Positions 6,378-15,697 of a DNA stretch of 64,000 nucleotides are shown one piece after another (positions within the stretch are counted from its first letter, which is position 1; each line of letters opens with the position of its first letter). This stretch comes from Paludibacteraceae bacterium (GTDB lineage Bacteria > Bacteroidota > Bacteroidia > Bacteroidales > Paludibacteraceae): the NCBI GenBank assembly GCA_017471285.1, contig JAFUUZ010000026.1, forward strand, positions 27-64,026. Reading direction: 5' to 3'. A program made the position numbers and the translations under genes. The notes beneath the pieces are model-generated. The model searched no databases. It was not told where the DNA came from and saw only the letters and a program-made list of their open reading frames with translations.

Positions 6378-7711
6378 TGGAGGACGAGATTCGTGGCTTG
6401 TTGGCGCTCTATGCCGACGATTTTGCCCGCGTGGGCGGGATAAGGGTACAATCTGAGCGGAAGGACGAATACTGCCGCATCATCCGGGGATGCCTTACGG
6501 TGTCGTCGCTATGCTACATCGGTAAGGTCCTGCACTATTTCGACGGGCGGGCCTATGTGCCGACCTCCCGCGCGGAGGTGGCCTCGGCGGTTATCAATTG
6601 CCTCTCGGATGATATGGGGATTGGCGCGTCTGACTTGTCGCGGCTGGGGGACATCCCCTATGTCGTGCTTGACAAAAAAGTGAAGTCTCCCGATGTCACG
6701 AAGGTGTCGTTTCTGAATGTCGTCTATGACATCGCGACGGGTAAGTGTCTGAAATTCTCACCCGACTATTTTACGGCGTATGCGTTGCCGTACAAGTTCG
6801 ACGCTAAGGGCGAATGCCCTGGGTGGCTGCGCTTTCTCGGCGAGGTCCTGCCCGATGCCGCGATGCAAGCGTGCTTGCAGGAGTTCTTTGGGATGTGCTT
6901 CGTGGACCGGCAGAAGTATTCCATAGAGAAGTTTGCGCTCTTCGTGGGTAAGGGCGCGAATGGGAAGAGTGTCGTCTGCGAGGTGATAAAGGCGGTCCTC
7001 GGCGGGGATTCCTGGGTGGATAATCTCTCGCCGGACCAACTGCAAGACCCGAAGCAAGTTGTGTCGCTGAATGGGAAGGTCCTCAACATTGCGCCCGATG
7101 TGCGGCGCGGCGCGGCCTTCGATAGCGCGTTGAAGGCGCTTTCCTCTTCGCAAGTGGTGAAGGGGTGGGCGATGTACAAGGGAAGCCAGGAGGTGAAGTG
7201 TCCCCCGCTTGCTTTCGCCCTCAACGAACTGCCCGTGTTCCGTGACACGACCTTTGGCTTCTTCCGCCGGATAATGCTTTTCAGCTTCAACTATACCGTC
7301 CCCGAAGAGAAGCAGGACAAGCAGCTTGCCTCGCGCCTCGTGGCGACGGAGGCGAGCGGCATCTTCAAGTGGATAATGGCCGGCCGAGCGCGGCTCATTG
7401 CCAACGGCGGGCAGTTCACGCCCTGCCCCGCTATGGACCAGGCCCGCACCGCTATGGAGGGCCGCGTCAAGACGGAGCAATCCCCCGTGCTGCAATACCT
7501 CGAAACGGCGGGTTGGAGCGTTGCGCCTCAGTATGCCGGACAGACCCCCGATAGGGTGACTGCGACGCAGATATACGAGGGTATGGAGGCGGCGGTCTCC
7601 AAATACAATATCACACACGAACTGCGGCGCTACGGCGTGATGTCCGAGCGCGGCAAGGAAGTAAGGTATCTACTGTATAAAAACAATCAATATGGCGAAC
7701 AAAACGATTAA
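6377..7711 (+). CDS. P4-family / D5-like primase-helicase NTPase (SF3-type)
   Basis: Walker A FVGKGANGKSV in the context typical of the phage/plasmid primase P4-family C-terminal domain. TAATG overlap with the upstream gene. Confidence 0.75.
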   Translation: MEDEIRGLLALYADDFARVGGIRVQSERKDEYCRIIRGCLTVSSLCYIGKVLHYFDGRAYVPTSRAEVASAVINCLSDDMGIGASDLSRLGDIPYVVLDKKVKSPDVTKVSFLNVVYDIATGKCLKFSPDYFTAYALPYKFDAKGECPGWLRFLGEVLPDAAMQACLQEFFGMCFVDRQKYSIEKFALFVGKGANGKSVVCEVIKAVLGGDSWVDNLSPDQLQDPKQVVSLNGKVLNIAPDVRRGAAFDSALKALSSSQVVKGWAMYKGSQEVKCPPLAFALNELPVFRDTTFGFFRRIMLFSFNYTVPEEKQDKQLASRLVATEASGIFKWIMAGRARLIANGGQFTPCPAMDQARTAMEGRVKTEQSPVLQYLETAGWSVAPQYAGQTPDRVTATQIYEGMEAAVSKYNITHELRRYGVMSERGKEVRYLLYKNNQYGEQND

Positions 7712-8132
7712 ACTCGGCCCGAACGACATCCGTTGCGGGAATCTGATTTACCACGACGAGCCTCAGTTCATCAAGCTCGTGGATGTGGCCGGCTATTTCT
7801 CCTACCGCATCAGCAAGTTCATCCCTCGCGGGCAAATCTTGATGATTGCGATGCAGCAAGCCAAGAAAGACCCGTCGCAGATGCGCTACTTGGAAAATCA
7901 CGCGGTCGTGACCTTTAACGCTATGACTTGCGTCCCCGACCAGCAGTTCTTTCTCGAACAGAACGCCTCTGCGGTCAACTGCATCAACCGCCACAAGGAC
8001 ATCTATGGCGTGAAGGAGGAAATCTTGGAGAAGGAGGACGCTCAAATCTTGCAGGAAGAGCGCGAGCTGGCCGAGGCTATGGAAGAAGCAAAGAAGGAGG
8101 AAGAGAATGAAGCCCCTAAGAGTGAAGATTAA
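7692..8132 (+). CDS. hypothetical protein (146 aa), acidic C-terminus
   Basis: Track ORF within the rightward operon. Confidence 0.6.
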   Translation: MANKTIKLGPNDIRCGNLIYHDEPQFIKLVDVAGYFSYRISKFIPRGQILMIAMQQAKKDPSQMRYLENHAVVTFNAMTCVPDQQFFLEQNASAVNCINRHKDIYGVKEEILEKEDAQILQEERELAEAMEEAKKEEENEAPKSED

Positions 8133-8574
8133 GCGCTTCGTCGCTGATGCGGAGATTCCGCGCTACGCCAATCCTGGGGATGCGGGTATGGACCTCGTGG
8201 CCGTGACCCGCTCCTTCGACGAATTTGGCAACATCGTGTACGGAACGGGCCTCGGCTTCGAGATTCCCGAAGGCTATGTTGGCCTGGTGTTCCCGCGCAG
8301 CAGCAACTGCAAGAAGGACCTCTTCTTGACGAATAGCGTTGGTGTGATTGATTCCGGCTACCGTGGCGAGGTGACGCTGAAATTCAAGCCGACGGACCTT
8401 CGCTGCGACAAGTGGGGTCGCATCAACCGGCAGAACAAGTCCTTCCCCTACGAGGTTGGCGAGTGTGTCGGCCAACTGATTATTATGCCCTATCCGACGA
8501 TTGAGTTCAAGGAGGTGGCCGAACTGTCTGATTCTGCCCGTGGCGCTCACGGCTACGGCTCAACGGGTAAGTAA
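8107..8574 (+). CDS. dut: dUTP pyrophosphatase (trimeric dUTPase)
   Basis: Motifs PGDAGMDL, FPRSS and GVIDSGYRGEV, with a C-terminal GYGSTG. Confidence 0.9.
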   Translation: MKPLRVKIKRFVADAEIPRYANPGDAGMDLVAVTRSFDEFGNIVYGTGLGFEIPEGYVGLVFPRSSNCKKDLFLTNSVGVIDSGYRGEVTLKFKPTDLRCDKWGRINRQNKSFPYEVGECVGQLIIMPYPTIEFKEVAELSDSARGAHGYGSTGK

Positions 8575-8957
8575 TGGCTGAGAAGGTGCATCAGATACAC
8601 GAGTTTGAGTGCGGCATCTACCCGCGCAACTTGTGGATTACCGTGGGCGCTCCGATAGATGTCCTGCGGGACTTCTTCGGGAAGGACTTGCCCGAAATGG
8701 ATAAGGATGCCGCCGCCGATGTGACATTGGTCCACGCAGACAAGCCAAAGCCTCGCGGTGGAGTTCTGATTCGCTTCGAGAATCGGAAGGAACTCAACAC
8801 CGAGAACATCTGCCACGAGGCCGGCCACGCTGCGTTGGAGATATTTCACTACTGTGGCGCGGGCATCAACTATGACAACCAAGAGCCTTTCTGCTACCTT
8901 ATGGGGTGGATTGCTCGTATGTGTGACAAGGTAAGACGAGGAAAATATGAAGATTGA
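8574..8957 (+). CDS. small HExxH protein (127 aa), putative metallopeptidase-like
   Basis: ICHEAGHAALE contains HExxH. TAATG overlap with dut. Confidence 0.55.
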   Translation: MAEKVHQIHEFECGIYPRNLWITVGAPIDVLRDFFGKDLPEMDKDAAADVTLVHADKPKPRGGVLIRFENRKELNTENICHEAGHAALEIFHYCGAGINYDNQEPFCYLMGWIARMCDKVRRGKYED

Positions 8958-9489
8958 ATTGCTCGAAATGGCCGGCCTCGGCTCGGCGTTGAAGGCCCTG
9001 CGCCTCTCCTACGGAAAGGAAATGCGTAGTGGCGTTGTCTCAGATGTCTATTCCCGTGAGCCTGGCGACTTCAAGTATGAGACGAGCGTCGCGATGAATC
9101 CCGACGACCTCGCGCTGATGCAGAAGCTGATTTCCGCCGGCGACGAACACGCGAAGGTCCTGCGCGGCGTGCTTGTGTATGTTGCGATTACCGCACCCCG
9201 CTATTGGTGGCAGGAAATGGTAACTTACGACAAGATTGGCTCACAATGTCTGATGTCGGAATCCACTATGCACATCCAGGGCAAGGGCCTTTCGACGGAG
9301 GACCTTGTGCGGATGAAGGAGAATCTGACCGAGGGTACTGAGCAGAAGCGCATCTACTACTTCTCTTATCAGACGCTCCGCCGCATCTACCGTCAGCGTC
9401 GCAACCACCGCCTCCCCGTGTGGCATACCTTCTGTGAGTGGGTCGAATCCCTGCCGTTTGCTAATGAACTCATAACCAACGGTCTCTGA
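8947..9489 (+). CDS. ThyX-like fold protein lacking the RHR motif
   Basis: Colinear by eye with ThyX. MKIELLEMAGLGSALKALRLSYG corresponds to the ThyX N-terminus. AGDEHAKVLRGVLVYVAITAPRYWWQEMVTY corresponds to HGHETPFEH..FTF.IKAPIFVARQWFRHR. EMVTY replaces RHR. Confidence 0.45.
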   Translation: MKIELLEMAGLGSALKALRLSYGKEMRSGVVSDVYSREPGDFKYETSVAMNPDDLALMQKLISAGDEHAKVLRGVLVYVAITAPRYWWQEMVTYDKIGSQCLMSESTMHIQGKGLSTEDLVRMKENLTEGTEQKRIYYFSYQTLRRIYRQRRNHRLPVWHTFCEWVESLPFANELITNGL

Positions 9490-9490
9490 T

Positions 9491-9943
9491 ATGCCACCGA
9501 AAGGATTATTCAACCTCAACGGCTCTACGAAGCTATACGCCACCCGCAAGGACACGGGCGAAGAGTACGAGGTGAGCGCCGAGGTGGTCCAAGACAACAT
9601 TTCGGTCCTCAAAAAAGCGTTTGCGCCCGAAGGGTACGCTCCGCCGAAGGACCTCAGTTGCGGGCCGATTACCTTCGATGTGCGCCTTTCGGAAGATGAC
9701 ATCAAGAAAATCTATCGCGAGGTCGGTGCGCTCTCGAATATCCGCAGCTACTACTACAAGTGTCGCGAGCAGTACGCGAATAAGCGTAGGCCGCTCGAAC
9801 TTGTCTGCAACCGCAAGTGCTTCGACATTATCAATCACGAGGCGCATTGGTTATATGGGTGCAACTTGAAGAGGTGGGCCAAAAGGTTTCACCTCAACAT
9901 AAAATTTTCTAAACCACTTAAATACAATCGCGTCAAGCTATGA
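9491..9943 (+). CDS. hypothetical protein (150 aa)
   Basis: Track ORF within the operon. Confidence 0.6.
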   Translation: MPPKGLFNLNGSTKLYATRKDTGEEYEVSAEVVQDNISVLKKAFAPEGYAPPKDLSCGPITFDVRLSEDDIKKIYREVGALSNIRSYYYKCREQYANKRRPLELVCNRKCFDIINHEAHWLYGCNLKRWAKRFHLNIKFSKPLKYNRVKL

Positions 9944-10203
9944 ACATCTTACGAAAACTTCTGAATTGGGCCGGAACTGACGGTCTCCTGCACATTGGAT
10001 GCAGTTTCTTCATCTGCCTGGTGGTTGGCGCATTTCTGCCGATATGGGCCGCAGCCGGCATAACCCTCTTGATTGGTGTCGCGAAGGAAATCTTCGACCT
10101 CCTGCATCCCGAAAGCCACTCCGCAGAATGGAAGGACCTTATCTGCGACGCTATCGGCATCGCGGTAGGCTGCGGCATCATCCTTCTCTATACGCTCCTA
10201 TGA
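9940..10203 (+). CDS. small membrane protein (87 aa, about 3 TM segments)
   Basis: Hydrophobic segments FFICLVVGAFLPIWAAAGITLLIGV and AIGIAVGCGIILLY. ATGA overlap with the upstream gene. Confidence 0.6.
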   Translation: MNILRKLLNWAGTDGLLHIGCSFFICLVVGAFLPIWAAAGITLLIGVAKEIFDLLHPESHSAEWKDLICDAIGIAVGCGIILLYTLL

Positions 10204-10349
10204 TTGTCAAGTTCTTTCAGAAAGCGGTCTATTTCGAGATTCTTCCCTCCCTTTCGGTTTGGGCCGGCCGGAAGGAGGGGAAGTTTCGCGTTGCCCTTTG
10301 GTTTTCTTGGCTCAACTGCATCATCCTTTCCTTGCAGATAGATGTTTAG
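10200..10349 (+). CDS. possible small protein (49 aa)
   Basis: ATG 10200 overlaps the stop of 9940..10203 (ATGA). Read by hand from the frame of track ORF 9999..10349. Confidence 0.3.
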   Translation: MIVKFFQKAVYFEILPSLSVWAGRKEGKFRVALWFSWLNCIILSLQIDV

Positions 10350-10533
10350 GATTGTACGGCTCTTGCTGCATCAGCAGAAGGTTATCCACGAGTACGAACG
10401 CCTCGTGGAGCATATTCTTGTAGAGTTGGCTACGCGCCAATGCGTCCCTTACAAGCCCTTCAATGACGACCTCGTACCCGACGCGGCGGGTCTTTGCGAA
10501 GAGACGGTCAATGTTCTGCGGGACGCAAAGAAA

Positions 10534-10558
10534 GGGCCGGGAGATTACCTCTCGGCCC
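10534..10558 (-). terminator. hairpin terminator at the convergence point of the rightward and leftward operons
   Basis: 10-bp stem (GGGCCGGGAG / CTCTCGGCCC, one G-T pair) with loop ATTAC. On the - strand it is followed by CTTTCTTTG. Confidence 0.5.
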
Positions 10559-10586
10559 TGGTTAGAACAACAACAACCGAAAAAAG

Positions 10587-11363
10587 TTAAGTGATGTCCT
10601 TCTCGAACACGGGAACTGCGTAGCAAACGCAGTTGGGGTGAACGGGCAGGACCACATCATCAATGGGGTACGGGCTTCCCGCTACCACATCGTCGCAACT
10701 CGGACAGTCGTAGTCCGACCCCCTCAGCACACGATAGCCGATAGCGCCCGCCCTGCGGTAGCCATAGACCACGCCACGATTGTAGGCGCGGTTTACCATA
10801 TCCGAGGATGTCAGCACGAAGCCACGGAGCGGCGAGATAGGCGTACCCTTGTCCCAATAGTAGCCGCCCTCGCGGATAATCTTCGAGGCGTAGCTGCGTC
10901 CGTCCTCGAACGCCTTTTTCCAAAGCGGCGATATATACGGGTTGGCGAGAAACACAAGGAGATTCGTGGCGATGCTGCCCTTCGACAGACCGTTGGCGAA
11001 TCCGATTGTGGCCCAACCTTCGAGGATGAATTTGAGGTGCGAGGCGTACTTGTCAAGGGTGTTCTGCGCCGTGATGTCGAAAAGGACGAAAGCAACGATT
11101 TCGTCAGCGTCCTCTTCATCATTAGCCTCTTCTATCGCGCGACGCATACGCACCTCCGCATCTGCGAGAATCTCGTCAGAGAGCGCCATAAGGATGCGGT
11201 TGGTCTCCGCGTCAAGGTCTGCGTCCGCCTCGAAAGTGAACTGCTTGCCGAGACTTCTGTACGCCTCAGCGAGAGCGAGAATCTTTCCGACGGTGGACGC
11301 GACCTTCAAGCGGTAGTCCGTTGCTATCGCGGCGATGTCTTGTAATACCTTATCCGAGTACAT
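10587..11363 (-). CDS. head morphogenesis / minor capsid protein (Mu F / SPP1 gp7-like)
   Basis: C-terminal PVHPNCVCYAVPV matches the HPNCRC signature of the Mu F family. Sits directly downstream of the portal gene. Confidence 0.7.
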   Translation of the reverse strand: MYSDKVLQDIAAIATDYRLKVASTVGKILALAEAYRSLGKQFTFEADADLDAETNRILMALSDEILADAEVRMRRAIEEANDEEDADEIVAFVLFDITAQNTLDKYASHLKFILEGWATIGFANGLSKGSIATNLLVFLANPYISPLWKKAFEDGRSYASKIIREGGYYWDKGTPISPLRGFVLTSSDMVNRAYNRGVVYGYRRAGAIGYRVLRGSDYDCPSCDDVVAGSPYPIDDVVLPVHPNCVCYAVPVFEKDIT

Positions 11364-12907
11364 TACTGAGCGTTGCGGGCGTTAGCAATCACATTGGTGT
11401 CCTTGTTGCTTGCGGGCTGAGGACCAACAAGAGCGTCGTGCACCTCCTGGTTGATGCGCTCATTCTCACCAACAACACCGTAGCCATACTCGTAGGCCAT
11501 TTCGGAAGCGGACCTCTGAGAGAGAGCGCCGATGCCTTTGAGCTGGACGATAGAGTTGATAACCTCCGTCTCGCTTTGGAAGATGTACGGGAAGAGTTCA
11601 GCCTTCACGCCGAAGGTGTTGAAGTCCGAGGACTGCCCGACCTCAATGCCGTAGCCATACTTGAACAGTTCCACAATACTGTCAAGGAAAGGCTGGAAGT
11701 GCATCGAATCGTCAAGCGCCTTCAAGTAGGCATCCGCGAAGAGCATCTTCACGGTCAGCGAGGACATATCCGCGCCGGACTTGATTTCGGGGGTCTCCAC
11801 GGCAAAGGAGGACCGCATAATATTCTTCTCCAATGTGGAAAGTTGGAGCGTGAAGGAGTTTGAGGAATCCGCCGGCTCTAAGAAGCCCACGCGAGCGTTG
11901 GGGTCGGGCGAGTTGATAGAGAGCGGCGTACCGTCAATGCTGCTCTTCATATCCATTTCCTCGCCGAACGAGTAGAGGATGCGAAGGGCGTAGGCGGCGT
12001 TGTTTTCGCAGAGCTGGGAGATTGCCATTTCGTAACTGTCAATCAGCGACTGAGAGTTGGCCCAAAACGGCTCGCCGTAGCGGTCGTAGGCAATCGGAAT
12101 GGTCTTGAAGTTGTGGCGGACGAGCGGCTGGTCTATCACCCAACCATTGAGGCCAAGAAGGTCCTTGACCTTATTCTTTGCGCCCTTGATGCCCTTCTTG
12201 TCCTTCTTGTAGCGGGCGTAGTATTTCTCGTCCCACACATCAAGATACTCGGAGATTTCCTTGTCGTCTCCGTCGCGCAGGGAGTAGCGCCGGCCGAAGA
12301 GGGCGAGCTTGCCGGTTTCGGGGTCGTAGTGCGGATAGAGGATGTCGCCCTTCTCGAACGAGAACACGCGGTAGCCGAGTTTCTTGTTCTTGACGAAGAA
12401 GCACACGGCGCAGTCGCCGGTCTTTCCGTCGGCAGAGAGAGCCTCGTAGATAGCGTTCTCAATGTTGCACTTCTCCCAACCTTCGCGGAACTTGCAGAGC
12501 ATTTCCTGGTCCTTCTCAGTAGGCTTGGCCGAGGTGATGCGGAGGTTGGTGTTGTTGCCGACGAGGGCCGTGAGGCGCTTGACGAAGATGCGCTCCTGGA
12601 AGCCAATGGCAACGCGCGACTTGATTTTGGCGTAGAACTTCCCGTCGTCGTCCTTGCGGAGCGGGTTGGGATAGTATTTGAGAGAGTTGATTTTGTGCGA
12701 GTTGACATCGAACTCGCGCAGGAAGTCTGACTGCGTAAGCAACTCGAAGCGGAGCGGGTCGCGGCCTTCCTCGTACTGAGCGGCGGCATCCCCGGTCTGA
12801 AAGCCCGCGCAACTGACGGTCAGACACTCCGAAGGCAAGGCCCGCTTGAAAGCAGCCTTCACAAGAATGTCCTTCGGCGAGAGTGTTTGAATGTTAATGG
12901 AGTTCAT
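11363..12907 (-). CDS. portal protein
   Basis: 514 aa, positioned between TerL and the MuF-like gene. Called mainly from synteny and size. Confidence 0.7.
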   Translation of the reverse strand: MNSINIQTLSPKDILVKAAFKRALPSECLTVSCAGFQTGDAAAQYEEGRDPLRFELLTQSDFLREFDVNSHKINSLKYYPNPLRKDDDGKFYAKIKSRVAIGFQERIFVKRLTALVGNNTNLRITSAKPTEKDQEMLCKFREGWEKCNIENAIYEALSADGKTGDCAVCFFVKNKKLGYRVFSFEKGDILYPHYDPETGKLALFGRRYSLRDGDDKEISEYLDVWDEKYYARYKKDKKGIKGAKNKVKDLLGLNGWVIDQPLVRHNFKTIPIAYDRYGEPFWANSQSLIDSYEMAISQLCENNAAYALRILYSFGEEMDMKSSIDGTPLSINSPDPNARVGFLEPADSSNSFTLQLSTLEKNIMRSSFAVETPEIKSGADMSSLTVKMLFADAYLKALDDSMHFQPFLDSIVELFKYGYGIEVGQSSDFNTFGVKAELFPYIFQSETEVINSIVQLKGIGALSQRSASEMAYEYGYGVVGENERINQEVHDALVGPQPASNKDTNVIANARNAQ

Positions 12908-12931
12908 AACTTATTGCAATAAAGTTGATTG

Positions 12932-14575
12932 TTAATAGCCAAACGCTCCGAATCCCTTGCGGACGCATTGCCTCTTATGCTCGAAGAGGTGCATTACCAT
13001 AAACAGACCTTCGATGAAGTCCGGGGAATGCCCGATTTCGTCTTTCATCTGCTGCTTGGGGATTATCTCGAAGCGTGAAATGTCGTCTTTGCGTTTGAGG
13101 GCGAGGCGCTCTTCCACAAGGCGGTCCTTAACCGTAAAGCTGCGCCCCTTCTTGTCGGTGAACTTGCGGTCAAGCAAGGCCGAATCTATGCTGAACTCGT
13201 GGCTCTTCATCGCCTTCACGAATTTCTCGGCGCACTCGGATTTGAGGGTGTTCCAAATGCGGGAATCCGACGGGGCGGACTTGTTGTTGAATTTCTCTGC
13301 CCGCTTGAAGTAGCCTTCGAGCCAGAGTCCGAGGCCGTTGGAATCGTAGGTGAAGTTATCCTCGCGCACGCCATTCTTTTTGAGGAAATGCTTGACGAAC
13401 GGGACGACATCATCTGAGAGTACCCCGCGCCAAGCGTCAAGGTCGCAGATGTGATGCCCGTCGAAGGCGTAGATTACGAAGAAGTCTCCCGATAGAGCGA
13501 CATCGGCGGAGGCTCGCATCGTACCGTCGCGGCGTTCCGTGTTGTTGAAGAAGGCATCCATATCGTCAAGGGACAGAAGCGAAGTGCCGCTATCCACATC
13601 GCGCCAAATGCCGCGCATATCGTTGACGACCGACGCGCCGCCCTTTGATGCCAGGCGGGAGACATAGCGCTTGTCGGTGGCTTGGAGAATCTTGTTGTCG
13701 GAGTAGTCGCCTTCGATGAATTGGAGCGTCAGAATCATATCCTCCGGCGAGAGGTCGTCCTTGCCGAGCAACAGTAGGTCAATTTTCTCTTTGGCCTTCG
13801 GGTGTGCATAGACCTCCTGCCAAGTGTCGCCCCACGCGATTTCGCTGATGTCAGAGCCGTAGTTGAACATATAGCGCTTTCTTCCGTCGCGCTCCGGGAT
13901 TACGGTGTCTGTTTCGGGGTCAATGTAATACTCCAACAGTTTGCGGAGTTTGTTGGACCACCCGACGGGGTTGCAAGTGGCGACAAGCTGAGAGCGCACG
14001 CCGGCGGTGTTTCGGTTGACCGAGAGGAAGTCGAAAATCACATCCACATTCTCGCGGGTGTGTTCCGGCAACTCTTCAAGGTCAATGTAGGCCATTTCAG
14101 CGCCACGGAAGCGGTCGGTGATTTTGCCGAGGTCCTGCAAGTGTTCCATTTTGAGCGTCGCGCCCTTCCCGTCAAGGAAGGACCACTCATAGGAGGATTC
14201 CTTCGCCGTGCCGAATCCACGGAACACGGGCTTCGAGGATTTCCACGGGCCGCGCTTCACATCGTCCTCGTACTTACGGAAGGCGTACATAGAGACATCG
14301 GGGTTGAACATATACGGGAGCGCCTTGTAGAGCGCAATCCACGACTTGCCGCCGCCCTTCTTGCCGCCGATGATTACCACATCGGCATCCGCCTCACATA
14401 CGCGCTCCTGGAATCCCTTTTGGGGGACAAGGTTGTACGAGCGCTTGCCTTGAATCTTCTTTTGGAGATTTTCTTCACGCAGAATTTCGATGTACTCATA
14501 GGAAAAGACCCGCATTCCGACGCTTGCGAAAACGGGGTCAAGGTACTGCTCTTCTGCTGCTTTGGTTGCCTTCAT
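12932..14575 (-). CDS. terL: terminase large subunit
   Basis: 547 aa with Walker A-like VVIIGGKKGGGKSW. First gene of the leftward packaging operon. Confidence 0.85.
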   Translation of the reverse strand: MKATKAAEEQYLDPVFASVGMRVFSYEYIEILREENLQKKIQGKRSYNLVPQKGFQERVCEADADVVIIGGKKGGGKSWIALYKALPYMFNPDVSMYAFRKYEDDVKRGPWKSSKPVFRGFGTAKESSYEWSFLDGKGATLKMEHLQDLGKITDRFRGAEMAYIDLEELPEHTRENVDVIFDFLSVNRNTAGVRSQLVATCNPVGWSNKLRKLLEYYIDPETDTVIPERDGRKRYMFNYGSDISEIAWGDTWQEVYAHPKAKEKIDLLLLGKDDLSPEDMILTLQFIEGDYSDNKILQATDKRYVSRLASKGGASVVNDMRGIWRDVDSGTSLLSLDDMDAFFNNTERRDGTMRASADVALSGDFFVIYAFDGHHICDLDAWRGVLSDDVVPFVKHFLKKNGVREDNFTYDSNGLGLWLEGYFKRAEKFNNKSAPSDSRIWNTLKSECAEKFVKAMKSHEFSIDSALLDRKFTDKKGRSFTVKDRLVEERLALKRKDDISRFEIIPKQQMKDEIGHSPDFIEGLFMVMHLFEHKRQCVRKGFGAFGY

Positions 14576-14721
14576 AGCCGCAAAGGTGGAGAAATAATCG
14601 CAATAAAGTGTAATAAATCTTTCATTTTATAGCGAAACAATATCTATTATCGCCGTGCGGACAATGGAAATAAATGGAATAATGTGAAACAATAATTTTG
14701 CAATTGTCAAGAAAGATTCCT

Positions 14722-14729
14722 TACCTTTG
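14722..14729 (+). promoter_or_regulatory. Bacteroidota -7 box TAccTTTG
   Basis: Exact TAnnTTTG in the AT-rich divergent region 14576..14731, 9 nt before ATG 14738. Confidence 0.45.
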
Positions 14730-14737
14730 CCGTGGAT

Positions 14738-14914
14738 ATGGCCGAGAAAGACACACAGATGCGTTTTACGAAGATAGCTTGCCCTCAATGCGGTAAGCCT
14801 TTTCCCGTGCGTATAATCCAGCTCAACGGTAGGCTTCGCTACTCCATTCGCTGCAAGTCCTGCGGCAAGATTAGCGAAATCGAAATTGAGAACAACATAT
14901 CGGAGGCCAAGTAG
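14738..14914 (+). CDS. zinc-ribbon protein (58 aa)
   Basis: CPQCG...CKSCG. Track ORF 14732 (GTG) trimmed to ATG 14738. Confidence 0.5.
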   Translation: MAEKDTQMRFTKIACPQCGKPFPVRIIQLNGRLRYSIRCKSCGKISEIEIENNISEAK

Positions 14915-15015
14915 CGCCCAACAGAGACAACTAAGCGTCCTTAGAGACCACAACAGTCCGGCGGAGAAGCACCATAGGGGTGCTTCCTTGTCGGGCTATA
15001 ATTTTATAAAACATT

Positions 15016-15672
15016 ATGAAACAAAAAATTGTAGATGCACTCAAAACTGCTTACGCGACGCTGGGGTTGAGTGACGAGGCTTTTGACGGGGTTGCCTCTC
15101 TACTCGAAAAAACTGTCACCGAGGAATCCCAAATCGCAACTGCTATTGCCGGGGACGATGTTAAGGGACTTCTCAAAACAATCCAGGGCCAAGTTGATTC
15201 GTGGAAAAACAAGTTCCACGATAAGGACAAGGAACTGAAAGCGTACCAAACCGCGCATCCCGACACCAAACCGTCTGACCCTCCCGCAGACCCGAACGAC
15301 CCGGTGCAGAAGAAACTCGCCGAGTTGGAGGCCAAGCAGAAGGAGTACGACGCGAAAATCAAGGCGACGGAAGCGAAGGCGCGTAATGCCGAGGTGGTGT
15401 CCGAACTTCACCGTCTGTTGAAGGAGAAAGGCGCTGATAACGACTTTATCCGCAATATGACGCTGAGGGGCATCGAAATCGGCGAGAACGATACCGCAGA
15501 AAGCCTTGTGGAGAAGTACAAGACTGAGTACGACAAGAACTTCAAGGAGGCTTACGGTGACGGTCCTGCTCCCAAGACGGGCGTGCAGACCCCTACTGAG
15601 TATCAAGCCGGCGCTTACGCAAGCGAGGTCGAACGCTTACGGGCCGAAGGGAAACTCCCCAAAGCCGAGTAG
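15016..15672 (+). CDS. scaffolding protein (putative)
   Basis: 218 aa, charged coiled-coil composition (KKLAELEAKQKEYDAKIKATEAKARNAE). Lies upstream of the capsid genes. Confidence 0.6.
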   Translation: MKQKIVDALKTAYATLGLSDEAFDGVASLLEKTVTEESQIATAIAGDDVKGLLKTIQGQVDSWKNKFHDKDKELKAYQTAHPDTKPSDPPADPNDPVQKKLAELEAKQKEYDAKIKATEAKARNAEVVSELHRLLKEKGADNDFIRNMTLRGIEIGENDTAESLVEKYKTEYDKNFKEAYGDGPAPKTGVQTPTEYQAGAYASEVERLRAEGKLPKAE

Positions 15673-15697
15673 TACAACTTTAATATAGTAACATCTT

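Noticed and set aside
10321-10626. Overlapping ORFs 10342-10590 (+) and 10321-10626 (-) at the convergence point
   Set aside because: They are mutually exclusive, both include the terminator hairpin at 10534-10558, and neither has a convincing start context. Left uncalled.
14576-14731. AT-rich region with repeated (G)AAATAA units as a pac/cos site
   Set aside because: It is plausibly just the divergent promoter region between terL and the zinc-ribbon gene. Nothing in the sequence distinguishes a packaging site.
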